Assembly (NCBI GenBank): GCA_964456475.1
Contig: CAYVZI010000003.1
Span: 14,092 to 78,091, forward strand
DNA: 64,000 nt
Reading direction: 5' to 3'
Source of the DNA: an uncultured Candidatus Saccharibacteria bacterium
Lineage (GTDB): Bacteria > Patescibacteriota > Minisyncoccia > Phycocordibacterales > UBA9973
Positions 27,482 through 37,811 of the stretch are shown one piece after another. Both the position numbers and the translations under genes were made by a program. How positions within the stretch are numbered: position 1 is the first letter of the stretch; each line of letters begins with the position of its first letter. Below the pieces are notes generated by a model. The model made no database searches, had not been told where the DNA came from, and was given only the letters and a program-made list of their open reading frames with translations.

Positions 27482-27907
27482 ATGGCAAAGAAAATAACCA
27501 AAAAAGTAAAAGTACAAATTGCCGGCGGACGCGCAACGCCAGCACCACCACTTGGACCTGCACTCGGTCAGGCTGGTGTAAACATCAGTGACTTCGTTCA
27601 GAAGTTCAATGCAGCAACCGCAAACATGATGGGTGATACAGTAGGATGTGTTATTACCGTCTACGAAGACCGCAGTTACGATTTTGTTGTCAAAACTCCA
27701 CCAGTAGCCGGTCTCCTTTTTAAGGCAGCAGGCATCACCAAGGGTTCTGGTAAACCGAATGTCTCAAAAGCGGGAAGTATCACTACTGCTCAGCTTCGAG
27801 AAATCGCCGAAAAGAAACTTCCAGACCTCAACGCAAAAGACGTTGAAGGCGCGATGAAAATCGTAGCCGGAAGTGCTCGTCAGGCAGGAATCGAAATCAA
27901 AGGTTAA
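27482..27907 (+). CDS. rplK: 50S ribosomal protein L11
   Basis: [15 protein letters not shown]. Confidence 0.98.
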   Translation: MAKKITKKVKVQIAGGRATPAPPLGPALGQAGVNISDFVQKFNAATANMMGDTVGCVITVYEDRSYDFVVKTPPVAGLLFKAAGITKGSGKPNVSKAGSITTAQLREIAEKKLPDLNAKDVEGAMKIVAGSARQAGIEIKG

Positions 27908-28191
27908 AACAAAAAACTTCCGGAATGCCGGAAGTTTTTTGTTTACCCGATTAACACAGTTGATTTAGGGTTAAAACAAAAAAAACGCTTCGGCGGTTTT
28001 TTTGTTTGTTCTGCCAATGAGGTTGATTTGGGGGCGAATAGAAATTTCAATTTCTAAATCCTAATTTTTAATGTCTAAACATACAAAAGTGCGCGTCCTT
28101 AACCCAGTAGGTGATTCTGCTGAATCAGGCGCGCACTTTTGTATTTTACTTAGGATATGTATCGTGGTATATTTAAAAAAATCTTTTCGTT

Positions 28192-28539
28192 ATGAAAAAT
28201 GGCGTATTGGTAACTATCACTGTAAATTCAGACAATCATCAAGTCGTGAATGAATGGCTCCGTAAGCATGTTGACGACAGTAGTCTGCTTGGCTGGTGTA
28301 GCAACATTAGAAAGTTTGTAAAAGGAGACACTCTGTGTGTTTTATATCATTCGACAAAGGTAGGGATCGCAAATGCTTGTCCGACTTTGTATGGATTATA
28401 TAAGGATATTAAAAATTCTTCTTCGAATGTCAAAGTAGAGGCAATAACCGAAAGTAATTATATTACTCTCGATGGAGAGGAACCTGTTCCGATCGAAAAG
28501 ATGAAGATGATTATGCGGAATGTAACACTCTTTGCTTAA
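28192..28539 (+). CDS. Hypothetical protein (orphan)
   Basis: AT-rich 115-aa ORF with its own terminator. Confidence 0.6.
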   Translation: MKNGVLVTITVNSDNHQVVNEWLRKHVDDSSLLGWCSNIRKFVKGDTLCVLYHSTKVGIANACPTLYGLYKDIKNSSSNVKVEAITESNYITLDGEEPVPIEKMKMIMRNVTLFA

Positions 28540-28586
28540 TTTGTTTTTTATATTACATAAAAGCGCCCTACGGGCGCTTTTCTTTT

Positions 28587-29123
28587 TTAAAAATTATTTT
28601 TCCACATCATGGATTCTTTTGGTAACGCTTCTTGTCCGGAATATTTTGCGTTTGCTTTTTTACTGTAGAGATTTTCCACTTCTCCATCCACGATGTAATA
28701 AATGAGCTGACCTACTGGCATACCGGCATAAATGCGAACGGGGATAGTACAAGAGAGTTCGAGTGTCCAGAATCCACAGAAGCCGACGTCGCCCTTGCCG
28801 GCTGTAGCGTGAATGTCGATGCCGAGACGGCCCGTAGAAGACTTTCCCTCGAGGAATGGTACATGTTTGTGTGTCTCGGTATATTCGAGTGTTGAACCCA
28901 AATAGAGCTGTCCTGGCTGGAGTACGTAGCCTTCTTCTGGAATTTCAAAGTGACGGATCTGGTTGTGCTTCTTGGCGTCGATCATTCCGTCCACGTACTG
29001 GGCGAGGTGCTTAGAAATATGGACGTCGTACGAATTTCCACCCATATTTTTTGGGTCAAAAGGAGTAATGACGATTTCGCCTTTTTCGATGCATTCGAGG
29101 ATTTTTTTATCAGATAAGATCAT
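28587..29123 (-). CDS. dcd: dCTP deaminase
   Basis: MILSD, EGKSSTGRLG, DVGFCGFWTLE. Confidence 0.95.
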   Translation of the reverse strand: MILSDKKILECIEKGEIVITPFDPKNMGGNSYDVHISKHLAQYVDGMIDAKKHNQIRHFEIPEEGYVLQPGQLYLGSTLEYTETHKHVPFLEGKSSTGRLGIDIHATAGKGDVGFCGFWTLELSCTIPVRIYAGMPVGQLIYYIVDGEVENLYSKKANAKYSGQEALPKESMMWKNNF

Positions 29124-29144
29124 ATGTGCTGAAAGTTTCGCATA

Positions 29145-29558
29145 TTACAATAAATTGTCAATCGCTTGTTGTGACATTTTGGCGATGGGGGAAGGGAGAG
29201 TATCAAAAGTAAACCAGCCGATTTCTGAACATTTTTCCGATTCTTGAATCGATGGCGTTCCTGAGATTATTTTGGTTTGAAAAATATTCGTGAGCCAGTG
29301 CTGATTTTCTTCGGAAACGATATAGTCGTATGAGGGGAGCTGTTTTGTAATTTCCACAACAACGCTGAGTTCTTCTTGTAATTCCCTTACTACAGTTTCT
29401 TTCATTGTTTCTCCAAAATTAACTTTACCACCGGGAAGTGCCCATGCACCCGGCTCGGTTCCGACATTTTGTCCACGCTTCATCAATAAAAATTCGCCGG
29501 CATCATTTATGATGAATGCGCCAACGCCGACGCCGATGTAATCAATGCCAGGTTTCAT
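29145..29558 (-). CDS. NUDIX hydrolase
   Basis: WALPGGKVNFGETMKETVVRELQEEL. Confidence 0.9.
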   Translation of the reverse strand: MKPGIDYIGVGVGAFIINDAGEFLLMKRGQNVGTEPGAWALPGGKVNFGETMKETVVRELQEELSVVVEITKQLPSYDYIVSEENQHWLTNIFQTKIISGTPSIQESEKCSEIGWFTFDTLPSPIAKMSQQAIDNLL

Positions 29559-30067
29559 TTTGTGTATGTAATAAAAGTATACGAGAATGGATTTTTTTCG
29601 TCCGCAACATGTGGTTCTTCGGAGATTATGTTCCATTCGTTTCCAATCTCCGGAAAGAATGTATCAGCTTCAGGTGAATCATCTACACGTGTTATGTAGA
29701 GCTTGTTCGTTCGAGGAATACTTTCTTTGTAGAGTTCGCCGCCACCAATAATGAAAACTTCGGTCTCATCTTGTTTCTCTTCAAAATGTTTTCCTTGTTC
29801 GAGTGCTGCAAAACGGAGGGCTTCATCAAGCGAGTGAACAATAGTGATACCTGGCTGGTAATAGTTGAGGTCTCGAGTGACTACAATATTTTCTCGGTCG
29901 GGGAGAGGGCGACCGATTGATTCAAATGTCTTACGTCCCATGATGACGGTGTGTCCACGAGTAGTATCGCGAAAATGCTTCATGTCGGCAGGCAAACTCC
30001 AAAGGAGTTTGCCTGCCTTGCCGAGCTCGTTCTTTTTTCCAATTGCTGCGATGAGAGAGATTATCAT
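29555..30067 (-). CDS. folA: Dihydrofolate reductase
   Basis: LPADMKHFR, IMGRKTFESIGRPLP, IIGGG, DTFFP. Confidence 0.97.
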   Translation of the reverse strand: MIISLIAAIGKKNELGKAGKLLWSLPADMKHFRDTTRGHTVIMGRKTFESIGRPLPDRENIVVTRDLNYYQPGITIVHSLDEALRFAALEQGKHFEEKQDETEVFIIGGGELYKESIPRTNKLYITRVDDSPEADTFFPEIGNEWNIISEEPHVADEKNPFSYTFITYTK

Positions 30068-30072
30068 ATGTC

Positions 30073-31014
30073 TTATACAGCAATCGGAGCTTTGATTGCA
30101 GGATGCGGATCGTATCCAATAAGCTCGAAGTCATCAATAGTAAAATCTTCAAGTTTCATTTTTTCTGGATTTATTTTGAGTGTTGGCATCGGACGAATAT
30201 CTCCACGGCGAGCGAGTTGTTCTTTGGCTTGTTCAATATGATTGAGATACAAATGTGTGTCACCGCCAGTCCAAACGAATTCGCCAAGCTCAAGACCTGT
30301 CATTTGGGCAACAATCATAGTGAGTACTGCATACGATGCAATGTTGAAGGGGACACCAAGAAACGTATCGCAACTGCGTTGGTAGAGTTGGCAAGAAAGT
30401 TTGCCGTCTGCTACGTAGAATTGAAACAAACAATGACATGGTGGAAGTCCTGCAACTGCCATCTCGTCGAGTTGTCCAACATTCCAGGCTGATACTATAA
30501 GACGACGATCATCCGGTCGAGTTTTGATGCGTTCAATAATTTGTGAGAGTTGGTCAATGTGTTGCCCGTTTGGTGTTGGCCATGCACGCCATTGGTACCC
30601 ATAGATTGGTCCAAGATTTCCATGTTCTTTTGCGAAGGCATCGTCCGTTTTTATTTTTTCGACATATTCTGTGAGACCATTTTTCCACTCCTCGCTGTCA
30701 CTTGCTGGAACTGGTAAGCCGAGCTTTTTTAAATATGCCTTGTATGGCCATTCATCCCAAATATGCACATTATTCTGTGCGAGATATTGCAAATTGGTAT
30801 CACCGCGCATAAACCAAAGTAGCTCATGGATGATGGACTTGATTCCGACTTTCTTTGTAGTAATAAGTGGGAATCCATCGGCAAGATTAAAACGCATTTG
30901 ATACCCCAGAACACTTTTTGTGCCCGTTCCTGTACGGTCTGTTTTTGTTGCCCCGTTGATAAGAAGATGATCGAGAAGATCGAGATACGATTCGTCTACA
31001 TGTTTGCCTTTCAT
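30073..31014 (-). CDS. thyA: Thymidylate synthase
   Basis: DRTGTGT, LPPCH, YQRSCD, GVPFN. Confidence 0.98.
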   Translation of the reverse strand: MKGKHVDESYLDLLDHLLINGATKTDRTGTGTKSVLGYQMRFNLADGFPLITTKKVGIKSIIHELLWFMRGDTNLQYLAQNNVHIWDEWPYKAYLKKLGLPVPASDSEEWKNGLTEYVEKIKTDDAFAKEHGNLGPIYGYQWRAWPTPNGQHIDQLSQIIERIKTRPDDRRLIVSAWNVGQLDEMAVAGLPPCHCLFQFYVADGKLSCQLYQRSCDTFLGVPFNIASYAVLTMIVAQMTGLELGEFVWTGGDTHLYLNHIEQAKEQLARRGDIRPMPTLKINPEKMKLEDFTIDDFELIGYDPHPAIKAPIAV

Positions 31015-31054
31015 ATAAAGAAGTATAGAGGAGAGGGGAGGGTTTTGCTATATA

Positions 31055-31095
31055 TTGACAATATATGCAAAATATGCTAGGGTGTGTTCGATAAA
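31055..31095 (+). promoter_or_regulatory. Promoter block shared with 57730-57770
   Basis: TTGACA-17-TAGGGT; 27-nt segment 25/27 identical. Confidence 0.7.
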
Positions 31096-31162
31096 GGGCC
31101 CTCAAAAAACAAAAGCCCTTCTAGTAACTTAAAAATTTCAAAAACCAAAAAAACGATAGAAA

Positions 31163-31879
31163 ATGAAAAAGACAACCATTTTTCTGGCGATAGTGTTCGC
31201 CGTATGTACATTGTTTGCCGGAACCACGAGTGCACAGGCACACGGAAAGAAAAAGAAGAAAGCCGCACCCGTGGCCGACAGTTATGAAAGTGGTAATCCA
31301 CCACCAGGCGGTGATATGAACTATTACCAAAGCTGGGTTGCTTGCACGAATTTATTAGTTTTTCGCGAGCAAACTATTTCCAACCTGCGTGCTGATTCTC
31401 AAAACAAGCAAGCAAATGTTTTGAGCCTGACTATTCAACTGAGCAACGCAGCGGATTCGATAGCGAGCCTCAATGAGCAAAACAAAAAGCTCAAAGAACA
31501 GGTTGCTGGATTGGCAAAACAAACACAAATCCAACCCGGCTTCGTTGCCACAACTCCGGAAATTTCGGAATTAGTTTTGGATTCGGCGGCTATCGCACTG
31601 GTCAAGAATATGGAGCTCGGACTTAAATTTTATCAGATGAGCCCCGAAGAACTGGCCTCAAGATACTCAGGACTTTCGCTTAATTGGCAAAGATCGCCAG
31701 GTGAAAGATATCTTTTTTCTGGAAAATCGATAAAAGATATCAGCACTGCTGCTCTGCAGAGTGAGATGAAAAAATGGATGATGTATTTGTACGACAAGAG
31801 TACTGGTAGTGACCGGTTGAGATATAGTAAACTATTCCTTAATATTACCGGCGACACGTACTTTCAGCGGAAGTACTAA
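31163..31879 (+). CDS. Secreted coiled-coil hypothetical protein
   Basis: Signal peptide ending TSA-Q, Lys-rich patch, heptad region. Confidence 0.75.
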   Translation: MKKTTIFLAIVFAVCTLFAGTTSAQAHGKKKKKAAPVADSYESGNPPPGGDMNYYQSWVACTNLLVFREQTISNLRADSQNKQANVLSLTIQLSNAADSIASLNEQNKKLKEQVAGLAKQTQIQPGFVATTPEISELVLDSAAIALVKNMELGLKFYQMSPEELASRYSGLSLNWQRSPGERYLFSGKSIKDISTAALQSEMKKWMMYLYDKSTGSDRLRYSKLFLNITGDTYFQRKY

Positions 31880-31984
31880 GATTTATTAAAAGAAGTGAGA
31901 ACCCTTAGCGAAAGCAAAAGGGTTCTTTTTTTGTTGACAAAGGCGACCGGTTTCTTTATCTTACATACGAATAAATTTTTTTAT

Positions 31985-32380
31985 ATGGATACTATATTGA
32001 TACCAGAATTTCAGGGTTACTTTTCTCCGATTATAGAATTTGGCAAAACGCCATTTTGGATAGGGGAAACACTTCAACAATTGATAGATGAGATGCCACC
32101 TTTTACATCTTCAAAGGCGTTTGAAATCAACAAAAAGGTGTATGTAAAAGACCGGCCGTTAATCACTTTGCCGCAGCTTTTTGTGGGAATGCATCATCTG
32201 GTATGGCAACAATCAAAAGGCCAGGAGGGATTCCTTTGTCTCGATGGAATGACGACAATCGGTCCGATTCAAGACGGCGGAGGGAAAAGGCCCATTCAGT
32301 ATGTTCATCTGACTTACTTTAAGAATGATTTGCGTTGGAAATGCAGCCTACGAGATGTCTCAGGTATTATCAAAATTTAG
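31985..32380 (+). CDS. Hypothetical protein (orphan)
   Basis: ORF with upstream TTGACA and downstream hairpin. Confidence 0.6.
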   Translation: MDTILIPEFQGYFSPIIEFGKTPFWIGETLQQLIDEMPPFTSSKAFEINKKVYVKDRPLITLPQLFVGMHHLVWQQSKGQEGFLCLDGMTTIGPIQDGGGKRPIQYVHLTYFKNDLRWKCSLRDVSGIIKI

Positions 32381-32567
32381 TTTGTATTAAATCGCCCCCT
32401 AAAGGCGATTTTTGTATGGCATTGACAGAATATTAAAGAAATGCTATTCTGTTTATATCATTCTCACTAAGGACCAAACGAGGTTCTGTTTACTAATAAA
32501 GAGAGTGCGCTTGTGGAATCTTGCCTAAACACGTTGTTGTATGGCCAGTCCATGACAACAATTATTT

Positions 32568-34028
32568 ATGCCCACAGGTCATTCTGCGCGGCCGTCATCT
32601 GGCGGTAAGCGCTCATTTTCATCATCACCGGTTACACGATCGGGTTCAGGTTTCCGTTATTCAGGACCAAGTCACTCGATTCAGCAGAATCGCCCTGGGG
32701 ACAAGCTACGTCCGGCAGGTGCTAGTTCGTCTGCTCGCCCAGCGTTTAAATCTGCTGGATCAGCACCACGCACTGGTGGTTTTAAAGGCCCAGCTCGTAC
32801 CGGAGGCTTCAAAGGTTCTTCATCTCGATCAGGAGTTCGCAGTCCTGGAGGATTTGGCGCAGGTCGCCGATCTTCTAGCTTTGCTCGTAAGAGTGCAGCT
32901 CCAATGGGAGGCAGTCGCTTTGCTCAACGCATAGACTTTTCAAAGTTTGTGAAGAAGGCAGAGCCGAAAGTAGAACAAGTGAAGTATGTTGCGAAGCACA
33001 CATTTGCAGATTTTCCATTCAACGAACAGTTGCAGAAAAATATTGCAAAGAAAGGTTTCGTACATCCAACTCCGATTCAAGATCAATCAATCATGACAGT
33101 GCTCGAAGGACGCGACTTCTTTGGTCTCGCAAACACGGGAACAGGGAAGACTGGCGCGTTCATCCTTCCGCTCATCGACCGTGTATCTCGCGACAAGAAA
33201 CAGCAAGTGCTCATCATGGCACCGACTCGCGAACTCGCTCAGCAGATCGAAATGGAATTCCGCACGCTCTCCCTTTGGATGAGTCAGTATTCCGCTTCTG
33301 TTGTTGGTGGAATGCCGATCAATCGCCAAATCTCTGAAATCAAGCGCGGAGTGAACTTTGTCATTGGAACACCAGGACGCATCACGGATCTCGTAAAGCA
33401 AAAAGTACTCGACCTATCTAAATATAGTACTGTGGTGCTCGACGAGGCAGACCGAATGCTCGACATGGGATTTCGTGACGATATGACATTCATCCTTGGA
33501 AAGTGTTCTCCAGACCGACAGACATTGTTCTTCTCGGCGACGCTTTCTCCGGAAATCAAAAAGATGACAGAAATGTATCTCAAAAATCCACAATTCGTTT
33601 CAGTGGTCACAGGCAATACTTCAAAAAATATTGAACAAGATGTGGTGCGCGTGAAGAAAGAAGAAAAACTCGACCGTTTACACGATATTCTTATAAAAGA
33701 CGGTTCTGACAAAGTCCTCATTTTCCGCGAAACAAAACGTAGTGTCGACACACTCGAAACTGAGCTTAAGGCTCGTGGTTTCAAAGTAGCCGGCATTCAT
33801 GGAGACAAACGCAATCGTGAACGAATGCGCACGCTCGACGCTTTTAAGATGAACCAAATAAACATTCTCATCGCAACTGACGTCGCGGCTCGCGGACTCG
33901 ATATTCCGAATGTTACTCACGTGATCAACTACGATATTCCAAACGACTACGAAACCTATGTGCACCGCATCGGCCGAACTGGCCGAGCAGATAAAACAGG
34001 AACGGCTCTAACTTTTATCCCCGCATAG
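32568..34028 (+). CDS. DEAD-box RNA helicase with long S/G/R-rich N-terminus
   Basis: PTPIQ, GTGKT, PTRELA, DEAD, SAT, HRIGRTGR. Confidence 0.96.
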   Translation: MPTGHSARPSSGGKRSFSSSPVTRSGSGFRYSGPSHSIQQNRPGDKLRPAGASSSARPAFKSAGSAPRTGGFKGPARTGGFKGSSSRSGVRSPGGFGAGRRSSSFARKSAAPMGGSRFAQRIDFSKFVKKAEPKVEQVKYVAKHTFADFPFNEQLQKNIAKKGFVHPTPIQDQSIMTVLEGRDFFGLANTGTGKTGAFILPLIDRVSRDKKQQVLIMAPTRELAQQIEMEFRTLSLWMSQYSASVVGGMPINRQISEIKRGVNFVIGTPGRITDLVKQKVLDLSKYSTVVLDEADRMLDMGFRDDMTFILGKCSPDRQTLFFSATLSPEIKKMTEMYLKNPQFVSVVTGNTSKNIEQDVVRVKKEEKLDRLHDILIKDGSDKVLIFRETKRSVDTLETELKARGFKVAGIHGDKRNRERMRTLDAFKMNQINILIATDVAARGLDIPNVTHVINYDIPNDYETYVHRIGRTGRADKTGTALTFIPA

Positions 34029-34153
34029 AAATTTCATATACAGCGCATCTCATTGTTGCTGTACTCAATTTTTTCCCGCAATGTACGTCCAGTACATTTT
34101 GGTCACAAATTTCGTTTGCGCCTCGAGCTGCATCTGTCTCTGAAAATTTCTTA
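34026..34153 (+). repeat. Palindromic GTAC-core element, copy 2
   Basis: cagcgcatctcattgttg..gtacgtccagtac..cgcctcgagctgcatctg. Confidence 0.75.
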
Positions 34154-34274
34154 AATTAGTGAAATGACGTAAATACCCCTGAGACCTTTACAGGTCTCGG
34201 GGGTATTGCATTATATATAATTGAGGTGTAGTATTTATTTAAATTTTTTTGTAAACAAAACTAAATCACACAGG

Positions 34275-34838
34275 ATGAAAAGACTGGTTATCGTTCAGCT
34301 CGCGCTCCTTCAGGGAGGCAACACACAAAGAAATACTGAATTGCTGGAACAAATGGCAGCCTTGGCCAAAAGCCTCAAGCGGTATGCCGAAGACTTTTTT
34401 GCGTTAGAAAACAGAAAAGACACTTCTGTAAAAAAAGTGGACGCTTCGTTTCAGGAGGTGCTCATGCTTTGTTCTGAGTCTCCCAAGGCTCAGCCGACAG
34501 TTGAAATCTTTCAAAAGACCTTCGGGGTCTTGCCGGGGCTACATCAGGAGCTTTGCTCAACTGACGGCCATAAGGTGAGTCTAAAAAATCTGAATGATTT
34601 AGTGGACGCTCAAAGGAGCTCCATCGTTGTTCTGATAACAGATGAATATTACCGGAAGACATACCCTGCATATTTTTCTTTAATGCATAAATATCGCAAG
34701 CCATTCGGAGAGATTGATTTGGCTGTAGGCCAGGCTTTTGTGATAAACAACGACAAAACCTCGCCATCTTACGGGTCTTCAGAAATTGTTAACGGAGTTG
34801 TCATAACAACTCAGGTGCCGCAGGCCGTAGAGGCTTAA
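34275..34838 (+). CDS. Hypothetical protein, possibly a degenerate SixA/histidine-phosphatase fold
   Basis: MKRLVIVQ.., LCSESPKAQPTVEI, IVVLITDE; lacks RHG. Confidence 0.5.
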   Translation: MKRLVIVQLALLQGGNTQRNTELLEQMAALAKSLKRYAEDFFALENRKDTSVKKVDASFQEVLMLCSESPKAQPTVEIFQKTFGVLPGLHQELCSTDGHKVSLKNLNDLVDAQRSSIVVLITDEYYRKTYPAYFSLMHKYRKPFGEIDLAVGQAFVINNDKTSPSYGSSEIVNGVVITTQVPQAVEA

Positions 34839-34926
34839 AACTTACAAACAGCCCAATCAAAATATTGTTTAAAAGCCGCTCATCTAGCGGCTTTTTTTAT
34901 TGCCCCGCCAGTGCTAGAATCAGCGC

Positions 34927-36180
34927 ATGAGTAACTATCAAGAAACTGAAGTTTTTGAAGCAATTGCAGGAGAGGCGAAGCGTCAGTCCGAAGGCCTCGA
35001 ACTTATTCCATCTGAAAACTATGTTTCCAAAAATGTGCTTCTTGCCAATGGTTCCATTCTCACCAACAAATATTCCGAAGGGTATCCAGGTCGCCGTTAT
35101 TATGGGGGACAGGAATTCACCGACCAAGTCGAGACGCTTGCGATTGAACGCGTGAAGCAACTCTTCAATTGTAAATTTGCCAATGTGCAACCACACTCAG
35201 GCGCACCGGCAAACCTCGCAGTCTATTCAGCGCTCCTTGAACCAGGGGACACTGTGCTTGGTATGGATCTCTCTCATGGAGGACATCTTACGCATGGTCA
35301 CCCAATGACTCTTCCTGCAAAGATTTACAAATTTGTCACATACAAAATGAAAGACCCGGAGACTGGTGAGATAGATTATGAAGGTCTTCGACAAGTCGCA
35401 CTCGAACATAAACCGAAACTCATTATCGCGGGATTTTCTGCATACCCTCGCACTCTCGACTACGCGAAGTTTGTGGAGATTGCAAAAGAAGTTGGAGCTA
35501 TTACTATGGCCGATATGGCACACATCGCTGGACTTATCGCCGGCAAGGCACTTCGCAATCCATTCGATGATGGATTCGATATTATTACTTCTACCACACA
35601 CAAAACACTTCGTGGTCCACGTGGAGGAATAATTCTCACTCGCGAGAGTGAAGAAATTGCCAAGAAAATCGACAAAGCAATTTTCCCTGGAATTCAAGGT
35701 GGTCCACACATGCATACCATTGCAGCCAAGGCTGTAGCTTTCGGCGAAGCAATGACTCCCGCGTATCAAGAATACTGCCAGCAAGTTTTGAAAAATGCGA
35801 AGGCGATGGAAGCAGTGTTTAATCGTGAAAAAATTCGCATGATTGGTGGCGGTACTGACAATCATCTCATTCTCGCCGATGTATTCGGCTCGCTTGGAGT
35901 GACAGGGAAGGAAGCGCAGACTGCACTCGATGAAGTGGGTATCACACTCAATATGAACTCAATCGCGGGAGATACTCGCAAACCACTCGATCCATCAGGA
36001 ATTCGTTTTGGTACACCGGCGATCACGACACGCGGCTTCAAGGAGGCGGATTGTGCACGCGTTGCTGAGCTTTTGATTGAAACACTCCGTAATCACACTG
36101 ACGAGGGAAAGAAGAAAATAATTAAAGAAGAAATAAAGGCGTTGGCTGAACAGTTTCCGATCCCGGAATCTTTTGTTTAA
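34927..36180 (+). CDS. glyA: Serine hydroxymethyltransferase
   Basis: LIPSENY, EGYPGRRYYGG, TTHKTLRGPRGG. Confidence 0.98.
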   Translation: MSNYQETEVFEAIAGEAKRQSEGLELIPSENYVSKNVLLANGSILTNKYSEGYPGRRYYGGQEFTDQVETLAIERVKQLFNCKFANVQPHSGAPANLAVYSALLEPGDTVLGMDLSHGGHLTHGHPMTLPAKIYKFVTYKMKDPETGEIDYEGLRQVALEHKPKLIIAGFSAYPRTLDYAKFVEIAKEVGAITMADMAHIAGLIAGKALRNPFDDGFDIITSTTHKTLRGPRGGIILTRESEEIAKKIDKAIFPGIQGGPHMHTIAAKAVAFGEAMTPAYQEYCQQVLKNAKAMEAVFNREKIRMIGGGTDNHLILADVFGSLGVTGKEAQTALDEVGITLNMNSIAGDTRKPLDPSGIRFGTPAITTRGFKEADCARVAELLIETLRNHTDEGKKKIIKEEIKALAEQFPIPESFV

Positions 36181-36189
36181 TTTTATTAG

Positions 36190-36220
36190 CCTGGATTCCC
36201 GGTCAAGCCAGGAATGACAC
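36190..36220. repeat. GTCATTCC-type palindromic unit
   Basis: cctggattcccggtcaagccaggaatgacac. Confidence 0.75.
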
Positions 36221-36228
36221 TCAAAATT

Positions 36229-36633
36229 ATGAAAATTTATTTTGCAGGATCGATACGAGGAGGACGGGGAGATGCACAATTATACAAGCAGATTATTGAA
36301 CTTCTTGGTCAATACGGGGAAGTTCTTACTGAACATATTGGCGATGAGACACTCACGTCAGCAGGAAGTGCTATGGAGCCTCAATATATATTCGAGCAAG
36401 ACACAGACTGGCTTCGCGAAGCAGATGTTGTTGTTGCTGAAGTGACCACACCGTCTCTTGGGGTAGGATACGAAATTGGTCTTGCTGAATCACTCGAAAA
36501 AAGAATCTTGTGCTTGTATCGAGAACAGGAAGATTCTCACGTTTCGGCAATGATTCTCGGCAACCGCAATCTTTCAATCGCGCAATATGAATCGATTACT
36601 GATATCGAAAATTATTTACAAGATTATTTTTAA
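36229..36633 (+). CDS. Nucleoside 2-deoxyribosyltransferase / DNPH1-like N-hydrolase
   Basis: KIYFAGSIRGGR, PSLGVGYEIG, SAMI. Confidence 0.9.
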   Translation: MKIYFAGSIRGGRGDAQLYKQIIELLGQYGEVLTEHIGDETLTSAGSAMEPQYIFEQDTDWLREADVVVAEVTTPSLGVGYEIGLAESLEKRILCLYREQEDSHVSAMILGNRNLSIAQYESITDIENYLQDYF

Positions 36634-36637
36634 TAAC

Positions 36638-37222
36638 ATGGGAATACTTTTTACACTTCTCGGTGTCACAAATACCGGGAAAACAACTCAACAAAAATTA
36701 CTTGAAGAACATCTAAAAAACGATGGGTATACTGTTGTGTATGTAAAATATCCGCGATACGAAACGGAACCGACCGGGCCAAGGATCAATGCTTATTTGC
36801 GCGGGGGAAATCCTGAACACATATCGGCGCAAGAGTTCCATGAATTGCAGATACAAAACAAATTTGATTTTGAACCGGAATTACTCGCTTTACTTGAAGA
36901 AAATGATATCGTTTTGGCTGAAATGTATGTAGGGACAGGAATTACCTATGGCGTGGGTGACGGAATCTCGAAGGATTGGCTCATTAAGCGATATGAACCG
37001 CTTCGTAAAGCCGATATTTCAATTTTGCTTGATGGAAAACGGTTTATGGAAAGCAAAGAAGAAGGACATCATTATGAGAACGATGATGAGAAGACAGAAA
37101 AGATTCGTCTCGCACATCTCGAGCTTGCAAACGATTTTGGATGGACAATTATTAATGCAAATCAAACAATAGACGAAGTGCACCAGCAAATTTATTCAGA
37201 AATAAAAAAGATCCTTCAGTAG
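36638..37222 (+). CDS. tmk: Thymidylate kinase (divergent)
   Basis: P-loop GVTNTGKTTQ, KYPRY..TGPRI, HHYE. Confidence 0.75.
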   Translation: MGILFTLLGVTNTGKTTQQKLLEEHLKNDGYTVVYVKYPRYETEPTGPRINAYLRGGNPEHISAQEFHELQIQNKFDFEPELLALLEENDIVLAEMYVGTGITYGVGDGISKDWLIKRYEPLRKADISILLDGKRFMESKEEGHHYENDDEKTEKIRLAHLELANDFGWTIINANQTIDEVHQQIYSEIKKILQ

Positions 37223-37226
37223 TTTT

Positions 37227-37808
37227 ATGATTGATGTAGAAATTCGCGGGCCGGTGGCAAAAAAAGAATACGACCGTGTTAAAAAACTTTTCTCGACTGC
37301 GGGGGAAAGTGTTTTTGTCGAACATCAAGTTGTCGTTTCGTACACTGACAGAGGATTCAACAATCGTGCCGTGCGACTCGAATACAAGAACGGCGTAGGT
37401 ACTATCTGTATTGAAATCGGCAAGCTTGGCGAACGTAAAGAAATTAAAACTCGTCTCGCTCATGATTCATTTTCTGACGCCGTGCAAATGCTCGCCGAGC
37501 TTGGATACAAAAAAGCGAGTGTTTCTGCGATAGAAGTATTCTCTTGTATTTACGCCGGAGCGTTTTTTTCACTCTATGATCCGGATGGGGAATCATATTA
37601 TTACGATGCAGTGATCGGAGCTGTGGGGCCGGAAGAAGCTAAAGAAGCCAAAGTAAAGCTTCACAACCTTGGTCGCAAATTCATGCTTCCGATGTGGAGT
37701 CCGATCGATATGCTCGAGTTCACCCGAAAATTGAAAGAAAAAACCAATTGGCTGTATGATTATGAGACAGACGGGGCAGGATATTTTAAAGATAAATTTG
37801 GAATCTGA
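37227..37808 (+). CDS. CYTH-like (triphosphate tunnel) domain protein
   Basis: IDVEIRG, VRL, RKEI, LAELGY. Confidence 0.55.
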   Translation: MIDVEIRGPVAKKEYDRVKKLFSTAGESVFVEHQVVVSYTDRGFNNRAVRLEYKNGVGTICIEIGKLGERKEIKTRLAHDSFSDAVQMLAELGYKKASVSAIEVFSCIYAGAFFSLYDPDGESYYYDAVIGAVGPEEAKEAKVKLHNLGRKFMLPMWSPIDMLEFTRKLKEKTNWLYDYETDGAGYFKDKFGI

Positions 37809-37811
37809 GTT

